This document shows positions 43,684-53,156 of a stretch of DNA of 64,000 nucleotides, piece by piece. Source of the stretch: an uncultured Bacillota bacterium. Lineage in GTDB: Bacteria; Bacillota_I; Bacilli_A; RF39; UBA660. How positions within the stretch are numbered: position 1 is the first letter of the stretch; each line of letters starts with the position of its first letter. The stretch lies in the NCBI GenBank assembly GCA_946626905.1, contig CAMOVA010000001.1, positions 1,677 to 65,676 on the forward strand, given 5' to 3'. The translations under genes and the position numbers were made by a program. The notes beneath the pieces were generated by a model that had not been told where the DNA came from, ran no database searches, and was given only the letters and a program-made list of their open reading frames with translations.

Positions 43684-43718
43684 AAAAGAACCTTTACATA
43701 TCAGGTTCTCCTTTTTTT
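43684..43718. terminator. bidirectional terminator after the cadherin-like surface-protein gene
   Basis: AGAACCT-ttacatatc-AGGTTCT flanked by A-run and T-run. Confidence 0.45.
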
Positions 43719-45142
43719 AACTTCTTTTTCTCTGCTTTTTCTTTTTTCTTTATTTCTTTTTGATTTTTCTTTTCTTGTGCTTTTGTTTTCTTTTCAATGT
43801 TTCTAATATCTCTTTTAGTTAATTCTTCCACGTCTTCAACACTTTTACCACGTCTAGTAAGTGAGATAGTTGTAATTAAGATAAGTAATCCAATAACACC
43901 TGCTAGAATTAAACCAAATTTTTGATATTTTTTAATTAATTCATTTTTAGATTTTACTTCTTCCTTATCATATAACTGAATAGTATTTTCTGAACTTTCA
44001 TATTTGTATATACCTTCTTTTCCAGTATCTGGATTAACTCCATAAACTAAACTATATTTTGATTTACTATTTAGTTTATATACAACATACTTAACATCAT
44101 TAATTACTTCTTCATATTTTTTATAACCACTAGGTATTTTTGATTTAGGAAAATCTAAATAAATTAAATTGAAATCTTTTACACTTAAAAACTTTAATAA
44201 ATGATATTCCATAGGTTTTTCATCATTTTTAAAAGATACAAATTTATAAAAATCAACTTTACCTTCAGAATCCTTTAAACCTATTAAAATATAACCTATT
44301 TTATCAAGACGATATGCATCAACTTCTTGTTCTTCTAAAGTCAATTTCATATCAGAATGTTCTATCTTAAGTTCAGGTAATTCATCCTTGTTTTTAACAA
44401 CTGAGTATTCCTTACCATCTACTTTAACAACAATTGGCTTTTTATCTACATTAACATTTAAAGATATAGTTTTTCTTGTACCATCTTCTGCAGTTACAAC
44501 AACATTAAATTTATTTTCACCTATTGTTACTTCTTTATCACCAATACCTGTTACTGTTTGTTTATCACTACTTCTAGATGTATAAATAGTTATTTTAGTT
44601 GTATCATAAGGTACAGTTAACGAATAAGAATTTGTATCATTATTAAATTCTGGAGTTATTTTATATCCCTTAACACCAAATTCTTCTAATTTAGTACTGC
44701 TTGATTTAGTTTTTTCTTTCTTAATAACGTTATTTGTAGAAGTGCCACCACCATTGTTGTTAGAAGATGATTTTTCAACTACAGTAACAGTTCTAGAACC
44801 TGATAAATTTTGTCTATTTAAGTTTTGATCAGTAGCATTACCTGATAAACTTACAGTAATATTACCAGTTCCTGTTGCTTTACATGAAACAGTATAGCTT
44901 TTTGAGCCATTATTACCACTTGGTGTAGTATCTGCAAAACTTCCTGAGCATCCACTTACTGGCCCTGATGCACTAATTCGTATACTCCATGATGCAACGC
45001 CACTAACACTTGCTGTTGCCGAAAAAGTAGAACCTACAGTAACTTTGCCAGAACTAGTTGATATATAACCAGATGCCAAAACTTTATTATTTGCTAGCGC
45101 AAATAAAGCCATTGTAAATACTAAATATTTTAGTTTTTTCAT
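43694..45142 (-). CDS. surface protein: signal peptide, Ser/Thr/Gly-rich Ig-like region, cadherin-like beta-sandwich domain, C-terminal TM and K/E-rich tail
   Basis: LEEFGVKGYKITPEFNNDTNSYSLTVPYDTTKITIY matches the cadherin-like (PF12733-type) domain common in clostridial surface proteins. Confidence 0.5.
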   Translation of the reverse strand: MKKLKYLVFTMALFALANNKVLASGYISTSSGKVTVGSTFSATASVSGVASWSIRISASGPVSGCSGSFADTTPSGNNGSKSYTVSCKATGTGNITVSLSGNATDQNLNRQNLSGSRTVTVVEKSSSNNNGGGTSTNNVIKKEKTKSSSTKLEEFGVKGYKITPEFNNDTNSYSLTVPYDTTKITIYTSRSSDKQTVTGIGDKEVTIGENKFNVVVTAEDGTRKTISLNVNVDKKPIVVKVDGKEYSVVKNKDELPELKIEHSDMKLTLEEQEVDAYRLDKIGYILIGLKDSEGKVDFYKFVSFKNDEKPMEYHLLKFLSVKDFNLIYLDFPKSKIPSGYKKYEEVINDVKYVVYKLNSKSKYSLVYGVNPDTGKEGIYKYESSENTIQLYDKEEVKSKNELIKKYQKFGLILAGVIGLLILITTISLTRRGKSVEDVEELTKRDIRNIEKKTKAQEKKNQKEIKKKEKAEKKKLKKGEPDM

Positions 45143-45152
45143 AATACACCTC

Positions 45153-46511
45153 CTATGAAATCTTTCTAGTTCCAACTAAATGTTGTTTTACCATTAATAA
45201 ATCTATTGAATCTATTGTTCCATCTTTATTAATATCAGATGCAGTCATTGAATTACCTGATAATTTTCTTGAACCAACTAGATGTTGTTTTACCATTAAT
45301 AAATCTATTGAATCTATTGTTCCGTCACTATTGATATCACCTATTTTAACATTGCCACTACTTGATGTAGATGCTCCTGTATTAGGTGCTCCTGTAAATA
45401 TTGGAATGTAGAATATATATTTAAAATTCTTACCAATATAATTTATATTTGAATTATATGTTGTAACTGATTCTGTATATGGTGCTTGTATATTTTGCAT
45501 ATATTGATGACCACCTAAATTTGGACCATATGGATCCCATTTTTGTAAGTAATTTGTCATTTGACCTTTTACATTATATGTGTCATTTGCTCCAATATAT
45601 CCTTTATACATAAATTTTGCTGCACCTTCTATTGATAAATATGGTGAAGTCCAATTGTATCCATTACATAATTTAGTTCCTTTAGAACTTGTTAGTGTAC
45701 CAGCAGCACATTTTATACCATTTGAAATTACTTCACTATTACTAGATCCAGTAGCTTGAATATTGAATAAATTGTAATATTTTGTACAATTTGCTTCTTC
45801 TTTTAAACATTTTCCAGCAGCTAAAGCTTCTGTCCCTCTTGGATTTTCTTGTCTTAAACGAGAAGCAAGCATATAAGCACTAACATTAGTTTTTTTAGCT
45901 ATTTCTAATATTGCTTGAGCATAAGTTTTGCCATTTGATCCAGGACATTCTTTATTCTTATATGCATCTGATAGTATACCATTAACCCCAGCTTCTGTTT
46001 CTGATGGATTATAGTATTGTGACTGAAACATAAATACATGTTTTTCATCTAAGAAATTATATGGATTCATATAATGTTCTATTGCTGCTTTTGTTGCATA
46101 ATACCATGTTTTTTCAGCATTATAGGCTTTACCTTTATAATTAGCTGGAGCTGTATGCCATATTAAACTTTCATCTCCTGTTTCTGCTTTTACCATATCA
46201 TTCCATGCAACTGGAATTTCTGTATAAAAATATTTTTTATTCGCTTCTTTCCATTTTGTACATTCACTTTTACTTAAACCAGATGGACATACTCCCCATA
46301 ATAAGAATTTATCTTGTTTTACAAATACTGCATTTGGATATATTTTATGTAATTCTTTTATTTTTTCTTGATATTGTGCTGGAAATTTAGCAAGTTCTGC
46401 TTCATAACTTCCAACTTGGCTATCAGAATATACGGCTTTTACCTTGTTTACAAAGCAAAAAGAGATGATGAAAATACATATATAACATAATATATTTAAT
46501 TGTTTTTTCAT
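45153..46511 (-). CDS. secreted GH73-like N-acetylglucosaminidase with C-terminal type-I dockerin
   Basis: Signal peptide. Central region with RLRQENPRG...YNLFNI (compare GH73 E...NNLFGI). C-terminus has two dockerin Ca-binding repeats, GDINSDGTIDSIDLLMVKQHLVG and SDINKDGTIDSIDLLMVKQHLVG. Confidence 0.6.
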   Translation of the reverse strand: MKKQLNILCYICIFIISFCFVNKVKAVYSDSQVGSYEAELAKFPAQYQEKIKELHKIYPNAVFVKQDKFLLWGVCPSGLSKSECTKWKEANKKYFYTEIPVAWNDMVKAETGDESLIWHTAPANYKGKAYNAEKTWYYATKAAIEHYMNPYNFLDEKHVFMFQSQYYNPSETEAGVNGILSDAYKNKECPGSNGKTYAQAILEIAKKTNVSAYMLASRLRQENPRGTEALAAGKCLKEEANCTKYYNLFNIQATGSSNSEVISNGIKCAAGTLTSSKGTKLCNGYNWTSPYLSIEGAAKFMYKGYIGANDTYNVKGQMTNYLQKWDPYGPNLGGHQYMQNIQAPYTESVTTYNSNINYIGKNFKYIFYIPIFTGAPNTGASTSSSGNVKIGDINSDGTIDSIDLLMVKQHLVGSRKLSGNSMTASDINKDGTIDSIDLLMVKQHLVGTRKIS

Positions 46512-46611
46512 AAAATCACCTCTTTCTAGATTTACATTAATTATATCAAATAATGCTTTTAATGTATAGGAATGATGCTTATTTTGCTTACTTGTTTACA
46601 CTATTTTACAT

Positions 46612-47883
46612 TTAATTTTTTCTTTTCAAATACGACAATAAATAAAGAATTCCTATAAAAGATGAATAACTAAGTATTATAAAAATATATACTTTTATAT
46701 CACTTGTCTTTGGATTATCAGGTATATCATTTTTTATGTTTAAAATAGGTATTTCTTCTTTATTATCTAATGATATTTCTTCTTTTTTTATTTCTAATGG
46801 GGTTTCTTCTTTTTGTTCTGTTTTAATTATCTTTTTTTCTTTTATTTTTTCATTAGTTAATTCTATTTCTTGATTATCTGAATTTATATCTACTTCATGC
46901 ATTTCTAAATCTATTTTATAGCCATCTTTAGCTTCTTTTTCTTTTATATAATATTTATCATATAACAATCTATCAAAAAGTGCTTCTCCACTTAAATCAG
47001 TAGCTTTTGTAGATAAGAGTGAATTGTTTTTGTCATATAATTCAAAAACAACATTTTCTAATGGTTCTTTAGTTTCTGAATCTATTTTTTTAACTGTTAG
47101 TTTCCCATTAATAACATTAATATCAATTTTATAATTAAGTGTTTTTAAGTTGCCTGGCAACAATAAATTTTGTCCTTTTGAAGCTTTAAAATATGTACTA
47201 TAATCTGAATATAAATTGTATTTTTTATTTAAATTTAAAGTGTATTTACCTTCCATTTTAGTTTCAATATTTAGTTTGTTATTATTTATATTCGCATTTA
47301 TATCATTTGCTTTTTCTACCTCATATTCTTTTAATACATTATTTTTATCATCAACAGATATAGTACTTTCAGGCAAAAGATCAGGCACTTCAATACTTGG
47401 TAATATATCAGAATTTTTCACTAAATTTTCAAGTTCATTAATTTCATCTGTATATTTAACAACTCTATTTCCATCAAACTTATCTGTAAAAAATATATCC
47501 ATATTAGGTTCTACTGTTTTCCATATCATAAATTGTGTTATCGCATACCACTTATTAGTTGTATGATTTTTATATCCATAGCCATAATAAGCAAGTTTTT
47601 CAATTCTATTTAATTGATAATTAGATAAATTAATATTTGTAGATTTAGTATAAACTTCATCTTCATATAATCTAACTCTTGGGCTTATACAATAAGTTGC
47701 TTTATTATCAGATTTTCTTCTAATAAATCTCATTAATTGTGGTTTGGAAAAATCCCCTTCTTTTAAATTTGCATATATACCACTTATCCAATTATCTTCA
47801 TAAAAATAATCAGCTTTTACAGAATTAATTCTAATAACAGTTACAAACAATACAAGTAAACATATTTTTATTGTTTTTTTCAT
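46612..47883 (-). CDS. cell-surface adhesin candidate: possible thioester domain (YC... / TQxxIW), CnaB/SpaA-like domain, NPKTS plus TM plus KRKN sorting signal
   Basis: Motifs ATYCISP (Cys65) and YAITQFMIW (Gln117). VVFELYDKNN...GYK CnaB-like fold. C-terminal NPKTSD-hydrophobic-KRKN resembles sortase-B-type signals (NPKTG/NPQTN/NPKSS). Confidence 0.45.
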   Translation of the reverse strand: MKKTIKICLLVLFVTVIRINSVKADYFYEDNWISGIYANLKEGDFSKPQLMRFIRRKSDNKATYCISPRVRLYEDEVYTKSTNINLSNYQLNRIEKLAYYGYGYKNHTTNKWYAITQFMIWKTVEPNMDIFFTDKFDGNRVVKYTDEINELENLVKNSDILPSIEVPDLLPESTISVDDKNNVLKEYEVEKANDINANINNNKLNIETKMEGKYTLNLNKKYNLYSDYSTYFKASKGQNLLLPGNLKTLNYKIDINVINGKLTVKKIDSETKEPLENVVFELYDKNNSLLSTKATDLSGEALFDRLLYDKYYIKEKEAKDGYKIDLEMHEVDINSDNQEIELTNEKIKEKKIIKTEQKEETPLEIKKEEISLDNKEEIPILNIKNDIPDNPKTSDIKVYIFIILSYSSFIGILYLLSYLKRKN

Positions 47884-47957
47884 ATATTTCTCCTTTCACG
47901 AAAGATAATATATTAAAAAACTAAATAACTCAAATGTATTTTTTTGTTTGTTTTTAT

Positions 47958-47990
47958 ATATAAAAAAGCAGATTTTAACAATCTGCTTTA
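47958..47990 (-). terminator. terminator after the pseudopilin-like gene
   Basis: AAAGCAGATT-gttaaa-AATCTGCTTT then a U-run on the minus-strand RNA. Confidence 0.5.
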
Positions 47991-48020
47991 TAATTATTTA
48001 TTTTATATATTTATAAGCCA

Positions 48021-48443
48021 CTAATTAACAAATTTATTATCAAACCCAAAAGTTGTATAAGTACCATCACATGCGATATATGGTTTATATGAACTATCTT
48101 TATAACTATACAAAACATAACCTTCACAAGTATTTGTACTAACTACTGGATCTTTTAATTCTTTTAATAAATTAGCACGCTTAAGCATTTTTACAGTAAT
48201 TACATAATCATTATTTTTATCAAAACTATATTTAATTGATGCATTTTTTAAACTGTCTTCAAGATCTTGATAATATTGATCAGTATCCTCAGCCGGCATA
48301 ATAGATTTATCAGTTATTTTAGTATCATATTTATTATCAGTGCGAAAATAACGATTTAAATAAATAGAAATAACAATTAATATAAACATTGAAATTCCCA
48401 TAAAAACTAAAACTTCTGGTAATCCAAACCCTTTTTTATTCAT
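48021..48443 (-). CDS. type IV pilin-like (prepilin-type N-terminal cleavage domain) protein
   Basis: MNKKGFGLPEVLVFMGISMFILIVIS carries G|F...E at +5 and a hydrophobic helix, the class-III signal architecture. No pilus assembly genes nearby. Confidence 0.45.
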   Translation of the reverse strand: MNKKGFGLPEVLVFMGISMFILIVISIYLNRYFRTDNKYDTKITDKSIMPAEDTDQYYQDLEDSLKNASIKYSFDKNNDYVITVKMLKRANLLKELKDPVVSTNTCEGYVLYSYKDSSYKPYIACDGTYTTFGFDNKFVN

Positions 48444-49086
48444 AGTAAACATTTTTATCATCAGTTTCTTTAAAACTATATAGAGTAGCTGGTCTACCAC
48501 TCATTGAAACATTTTTCTCATTAGTATTTTCAATAATATCAAGACTTAATAATTTTTTTCTAAAGTTTCTTCTATCGATTTCTTTACCTAATAATTGTTC
48601 AAATAATTTTTGTAATTCTGGCATTGTGAAATCACTTGGAAAGAATTTTCTTAAATATTTAGTATTTAATAGTTTAGTCTTAAATAAATCTGTAGTTTTT
48701 TTAATAATTTCTCCATGATCATAAATTGTTTTTGGAATATTATCGACATTAAACCACTCATATTCTTCACTTTCTTCTATATTAAGGTTTAATTTTACAG
48801 TATCAATAATAGCAATCATAGAAATACCAACTATTCTAGTGTCAGGAATTCTATCAATTTGTGTTGTTATAATTCCTGGTTCAGTATAAACATCATTTAC
48901 ACCTAATTTTTCACTTATAGTTGCTTCTGCACATTCTTCAATTGTTTCTTTGTTAATCATAAGATTACTTGGAAGCATCCAATAACCTTTAAATGGATCA
49001 TCCATCTTTTTGAATAATAGTATTTTTAATTCTCCATTATCTACTGTATAAAGATTTACTAAGGCTTCTATTTTATTATTAAACAT
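48436..49086 (-). CDS. NrtR-like Nudix-related transcriptional regulator
   Basis: N-terminal Nudix fold. C-terminal PELQKLFEQLLGKEIDRRNFRKKLLSL...GRPATLY matches the NrtR wHTH domain. RBS AAGGAGAG before the ATG (MFNNKIEALV); the track ORF starts upstream. Confidence 0.55.
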   Translation of the reverse strand: MFNNKIEALVNLYTVDNGELKILLFKKMDDPFKGYWMLPSNLMINKETIEECAEATISEKLGVNDVYTEPGIITTQIDRIPDTRIVGISMIAIIDTVKLNLNIEESEEYEWFNVDNIPKTIYDHGEIIKKTTDLFKTKLLNTKYLRKFFPSDFTMPELQKLFEQLLGKEIDRRNFRKKLLSLDIIENTNEKNVSMSGRPATLYSFKETDDKNVYYE

Positions 49087-49119
49087 AATAACTCTCCTTT
49101 TGTGTAATATTAACAATTA

Positions 49120-49148
49120 AATTATAATATATTTTTAAATTATTGTCA
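49120..49148 (-). promoter_or_regulatory. consensus sigmaA promoter TTGACA-17-TATAAT for the nrtR-like/pilin-like pair
   Basis: Read directly on the minus strand. Confidence 0.55.
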
Positions 49149-49150
49149 AA

Positions 49151-49177
49151 TAAAAAGCAATGAATACATTGCTTATT
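49151..49177 (-). terminator. terminator after the Hpt-REC gene
   Basis: AAGCAATG-aata-CATTGCTT followed by UUUUAUUUG on the minus-strand RNA. Confidence 0.45.
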
Positions 49178-49964
49178 TAAACATAATAGTTTTTTCTACT
49201 ACTCTTTTAACATCTCTTTCATTAAAAGGTTTTTGTAACATATCAATTATTGGATACTTAAATGCTTTATCAATTGATTCTCTATCATCAGCACCTGTTA
49301 TTATTGATACAGGATATTTAGTAAACATATTGTTTTGAGTAAAGTAATCTAATACATCAAATCCATTAACATTAGGCATATTTAAATCAAGTAATACACC
49401 TTTTATTTTATCATCAACATTATTTTGTAATATATTTATTGCTTCATTACCATCGTGAGCTAGAACAACTTCATATGTATCATTAAATATTTTTGAAATA
49501 AAGTTACCTATCATATCAGAATCATCAACTACTAAAATAGCACTTGTCTTAGGTCCACTACTATAAACAGGTTGTACTTGTTTAACAGCTTCTTTACCTA
49601 AATATCTAGAAGTTAAATCAATAATTCTATTTGTTTCTGAAATAAGTTCTTCATAATGATTGAATACAAATCCAGCATCATTTGCTTTACCTTGTAACTC
49701 ATGTTGAAGCGCTAATTCAGCTAATCTTGTAAATCCTAAATATCTAGCATCACTTTTTAAAGAATGCGCATATATTGCATAATTAGACATATCTGAAGCT
49801 TCTTTATATTTTTTTAAATTTTCTAATTTTTCATTAACTCCATCTAAGAATTCTCCTAATGTTTCATCATATGTTGCCATATCTCCAAATAGTTCTAAAC
49901 TTTTAGCAACATCTACACCATTATTTGTTAATAAACTTACATCTCTCATATTATCACCTACCAT
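49173..49964 (-). CDS. Hpt-receiver (REC) fusion protein with no output domain
   Basis: N-terminal HPt motif HSLKSDARYLGFTRLAELA. C-terminal CheY-like receiver (VVDDSD...D...LDLNMP...K). Confidence 0.65.
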   Translation of the reverse strand: MVGDNMRDVSLLTNNGVDVAKSLELFGDMATYDETLGEFLDGVNEKLENLKKYKEASDMSNYAIYAHSLKSDARYLGFTRLAELALQHELQGKANDAGFVFNHYEELISETNRIIDLTSRYLGKEAVKQVQPVYSSGPKTSAILVVDDSDMIGNFISKIFNDTYEVVLAHDGNEAINILQNNVDDKIKGVLLDLNMPNVNGFDVLDYFTQNNMFTKYPVSIITGADDRESIDKAFKYPIIDMLQKPFNERDVKRVVEKTIMFK

Positions 49965-49995
49965 AAATTATAACATATTAAAGCCTTTTAAGCAA

Positions 49996-50619
49996 TTAAT
50001 TCTTCTTCTTTCCTAACTTACTGTCAATTATCTGTACAATACTTCCATAACCTACAAAGAATACATATATAACAAGTAGATTAACCATAACCCCTAACAT
50101 TCCATATTTTTCTACATCCATATAGTAATAAGGGTATGTATTTCCATGTAAGAAAGTACCTCCTAAAGAAATATATACAAGTACAAATAATTGATAAACT
50201 ATTATTATAAAACTCCATATAATTGGATATTCACGTTTTAAATGTCCTTTTTCACCAAATAAAATATAATCAAGTATAACTAGTATTGGAACTACTAAAT
50301 GAACTAAATTACATTCTAAAGCATGATCCTTAAAGTCTGAAATTTGACCAGCTAAAACAAAATTATAGATAAAAAATGTCGCAGTTATTCCCATAGTAAC
50401 TGTACCTTTGGTTATATAGTAAGCTCCATTCTTTTTTAATTTATTGGTTAACATTAAAATAACTAATATTAAAAAATATACTAAGCATAATAAATTACTT
50501 AAATTTGTAAAATAAAGTATTCCCTTTTCAAATGATAAAAATCTGAAATTCAAATACAAAGATAAAGCTGCGACTACTATAATAACCATTCTATATAGTA
50601 ATACAATTTTATTTTTCAT
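49996..50619 (-). CDS. polytopic membrane protein (6-7 TM), family uncertain
   Basis: 207 aa, hydrophobic throughout. Confidence 0.45.
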   Translation of the reverse strand: MKNKIVLLYRMVIIVVAALSLYLNFRFLSFEKGILYFTNLSNLLCLVYFLILVILMLTNKLKKNGAYYITKGTVTMGITATFFIYNFVLAGQISDFKDHALECNLVHLVVPILVILDYILFGEKGHLKREYPIIWSFIIIVYQLFVLVYISLGGTFLHGNTYPYYYMDVEKYGMLGVMVNLLVIYVFFVGYGSIVQIIDSKLGKKKN

Positions 50620-50696
50620 AGTACCACCATTTTAATTATATCAAACACAAAATAAAAGTAAACAAGATTAGTAAAGTAAACGTAAAAAAAAATTAA

Positions 50697-51122
50697 TCAA
50701 TCATGATTAATCATATTTAATAAATTAATTTTAAACATATCTTTTTCAGAATGTTGTTTTGAAACCATAACTCCTTTATAAGTTACAAGTTCTGATTGAT
50801 GTCCTTCACTTAAAATAGCCTCTGGTTCTAACTTATCTAAAAGAATCATCTTATCATTTTCATATACGACATAAAGTAATTTAATTTCTCCATGAACTTT
50901 AGCAAACAAAGAATCTGTTGGAAGCTTTAATTCATAACTTTTTGTATTATTTTCTTTATTAGTAGAAACAATTTCCCCTAAAAAATCTCCTTCTTTTAAA
51001 CTTGGATAGTAATCGAAGTGTAATTTTTTATAGGCTAACATATTATATTTTTTTAATGATCTTTCTAGTTTATGAAATTCATTTTCATTTACGTAATCAA
51101 ACAAATATGTTTCTTTCATCAA
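50697..51122 (-). CDS. hypothetical cytoplasmic protein
   Basis: 141 aa, no recognisable motifs. Confidence 0.4.
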   Translation of the reverse strand: MMKETYLFDYVNENEFHKLERSLKKYNMLAYKKLHFDYYPSLKEGDFLGEIVSTNKENNTKSYELKLPTDSLFAKVHGEIKLLYVVYENDKMILLDKLEPEAILSEGHQSELVTYKGVMVSKQHSEKDMFKINLLNMINHD

Positions 51123-51195
51123 AAGCCTCCTTTGCTATCTTATCATCTATAATAAATATTATCACAATTAATTTTCAAAGTCAATAAAATAAAAA

Positions 51196-51226
51196 GTCAA
51201 AAAAAAGAGGAATTATCCTCTTTTTG
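51196..51226 (-). terminator. terminator after the lipoprotein gene
   Basis: AAGAGGA-UAAUU-CCUCUU then UUUUUUUUG. The stop codon lies in the loop. Confidence 0.5.
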
Positions 51227-53132
51227 TCATAACTTTTACTCCGGTATTTTCGTTAACTAAAGAATTTCTTAAAGCATATAAGTTTGCTTTTGCAGTTGCG
51301 ATTAAGTTTAATTTTTTATTAACAACTACTTCTTCTACTTCTTCTACTTCTTCTTCAATAAGTTCTTCTTCGCCTTCGAATTTTTCAAAGTATTGATCAT
51401 TTTTTTGTTCAATTACTTTTTCAGTTTCTTTCTCAGTTACTGTTTCTTGTTGTTTTCCAGTAATTGTTTCAACTTTTCCATCACTTACTTTTTCTTCTTT
51501 ACCGTTTTTCTTTTCTTTATATTCAGTTGTTGGTTTTTGATAAGCAGCTTTAGCTGATCTTACATAATTGTTCCATCCATCGATATATCCATCTTTATAT
51601 CCTTTAATATAATCTGCATCATGTGATCCACTTGGATTTGGTGCGGAAGATATAGTTGATGGTATTTTTCCAGAACTAATTTGTTGATTGTAAGCAGCTC
51701 TAGAACCAGCTGTTTCACCAGCTCCTTTACCAGCGATATATGAATCACCAGATTCAGAAGCTTTTTTAGTTTCATCATACTTAGAAGTATCTTGATTTTG
51801 TTTTTTATCTCTATTATACTTCTTAGTTGATTTTTCACGTTTATCTTCTGGTACATTCTTTTCATCAGTTGTTCTAGTTGTTGTTGTACCAACTTGTTTT
51901 TCCCAATATTCAGTTTGATCTTCATTATTTTTACCATAGTTGAATTCATTAATATAATCAACTGCATCAACTCTTTTATATAATGACCAATCAATTTTAC
52001 TATAAACTCTTTCTATTATATTTTCTTCATAATATTCTTCATTAGCATTTAATATCATTGTATTAGATATAATAGAATTAAAATCTTCTAAAGTATAGTA
52101 TACTGTATAACTTAAAGCATCTGTTTCATTAAGTAAAGAACCTGTAAATGTATTACCGTCTTTAATAGTTGCTAATATTTGTTCAGAAGACATATTTTCA
52201 TATCCCTTTATACCGAATTCTTTAGCCATTTTTCTTAACTTATCAGCACTATATACTTCAAGTTCATCTGAACAATCTGCTAATAAAACATTAAATGGTT
52301 TATTATAGATTCCTGTTCTATCTTCTTTATCATTTATGATATTTCCATCTAATCTATCTAAATCATATAAACTAGATAAAGCCATAAATGTTGAAGTTAA
52401 ATCTAAATTATATTTGATATATGAACCATTAGTTTCTGAATTTAAATCAATTAATTCTTTTTTAACACCAATGATTTTTTTAACTAACTTATTATATTTA
52501 CTTGTATCATCTTTTTTATTTGCTTTATGTAATTTAGCTTTTAAATCAGATAATTTAGTAAATAATTCAGCTTTTTTACTATCCATAAATAGATTATTAT
52601 AATCCATTTTTTTACTTGGAGTAGTAATAGTTAATTGATCACCAAATATTTGCATAAATTTAGTAAATTGTTCACGCATTTTAGTATCAGTTAATGTTCT
52701 TTTACCATTAATAATTGCTAAAGGTACTCCACCTATTTCATCTCTATTAACTAATAGATTTGAATATAAAGTCATTTTAACAATTTCTCTTTTTTGATCT
52801 TCTGTTAATTCCTTACCATAATCATAGAAACCATTTTCAAGACCATCATTTATAAATGCAACTGTTTTATTTTCAATAGAATCAATTGTATTATAAGCAT
52901 CTTGATATTCATCTACTACGACTGGATTTTCTGGAATTTCTGGAATTTCAGTTGAGATTTCTTTTTCTACTACTGGTTTTGTTGTTTCATTACCTATATT
53001 TTTATTATTACATCCTACTGCTCCTAGTAAAGTAGCACCAATTGTTCCAGCTAGAACAAGTGGAGCTGCTTTAGAAGTTCTTTTTTTGATTTTATATTTT
53101 AAACCATCTATAAACATTTCTAATTCAGTCAT
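51213..53132 (-). CDS. large lipoprotein (lipobox GAVGC) with acidic (EEVEEVEEV) C-terminal region
   Basis: 639 aa. Signal peptide plus Cys lipobox. Low-complexity K/E/T-rich segments. Confidence 0.5.
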   Translation of the reverse strand: MTELEMFIDGLKYKIKKRTSKAAPLVLAGTIGATLLGAVGCNNKNIGNETTKPVVEKEISTEIPEIPENPVVVDEYQDAYNTIDSIENKTVAFINDGLENGFYDYGKELTEDQKREIVKMTLYSNLLVNRDEIGGVPLAIINGKRTLTDTKMREQFTKFMQIFGDQLTITTPSKKMDYNNLFMDSKKAELFTKLSDLKAKLHKANKKDDTSKYNKLVKKIIGVKKELIDLNSETNGSYIKYNLDLTSTFMALSSLYDLDRLDGNIINDKEDRTGIYNKPFNVLLADCSDELEVYSADKLRKMAKEFGIKGYENMSSEQILATIKDGNTFTGSLLNETDALSYTVYYTLEDFNSIISNTMILNANEEYYEENIIERVYSKIDWSLYKRVDAVDYINEFNYGKNNEDQTEYWEKQVGTTTTRTTDEKNVPEDKREKSTKKYNRDKKQNQDTSKYDETKKASESGDSYIAGKGAGETAGSRAAYNQQISSGKIPSTISSAPNPSGSHDADYIKGYKDGYIDGWNNYVRSAKAAYQKPTTEYKEKKNGKEEKVSDGKVETITGKQQETVTEKETEKVIEQKNDQYFEKFEGEEELIEEEVEEVEEVVVNKKLNLIATAKANLYALRNSLVNENTGVKVMTKRG

Positions 53133-53156
53133 AATATCCCTCCTTAAACTTTTCTA

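Noticed and set aside
48021-48500. Long form of the pilin-like ORF starting MVDQLLYIV...
   Set aside because: The prepilin leader logic (short basic leader, G|F, E+5) fits the internal Met at 48443. The longer N-terminus would overlap the NrtR-like gene.
50681-50703. ATTAATCAATCATGATTAATCAT palindrome-like motif at the 3' end of the 141-aa gene
   Set aside because: Short, AT-rich and overlapping a stop codon; likely chance or a weak terminator element with no further support.
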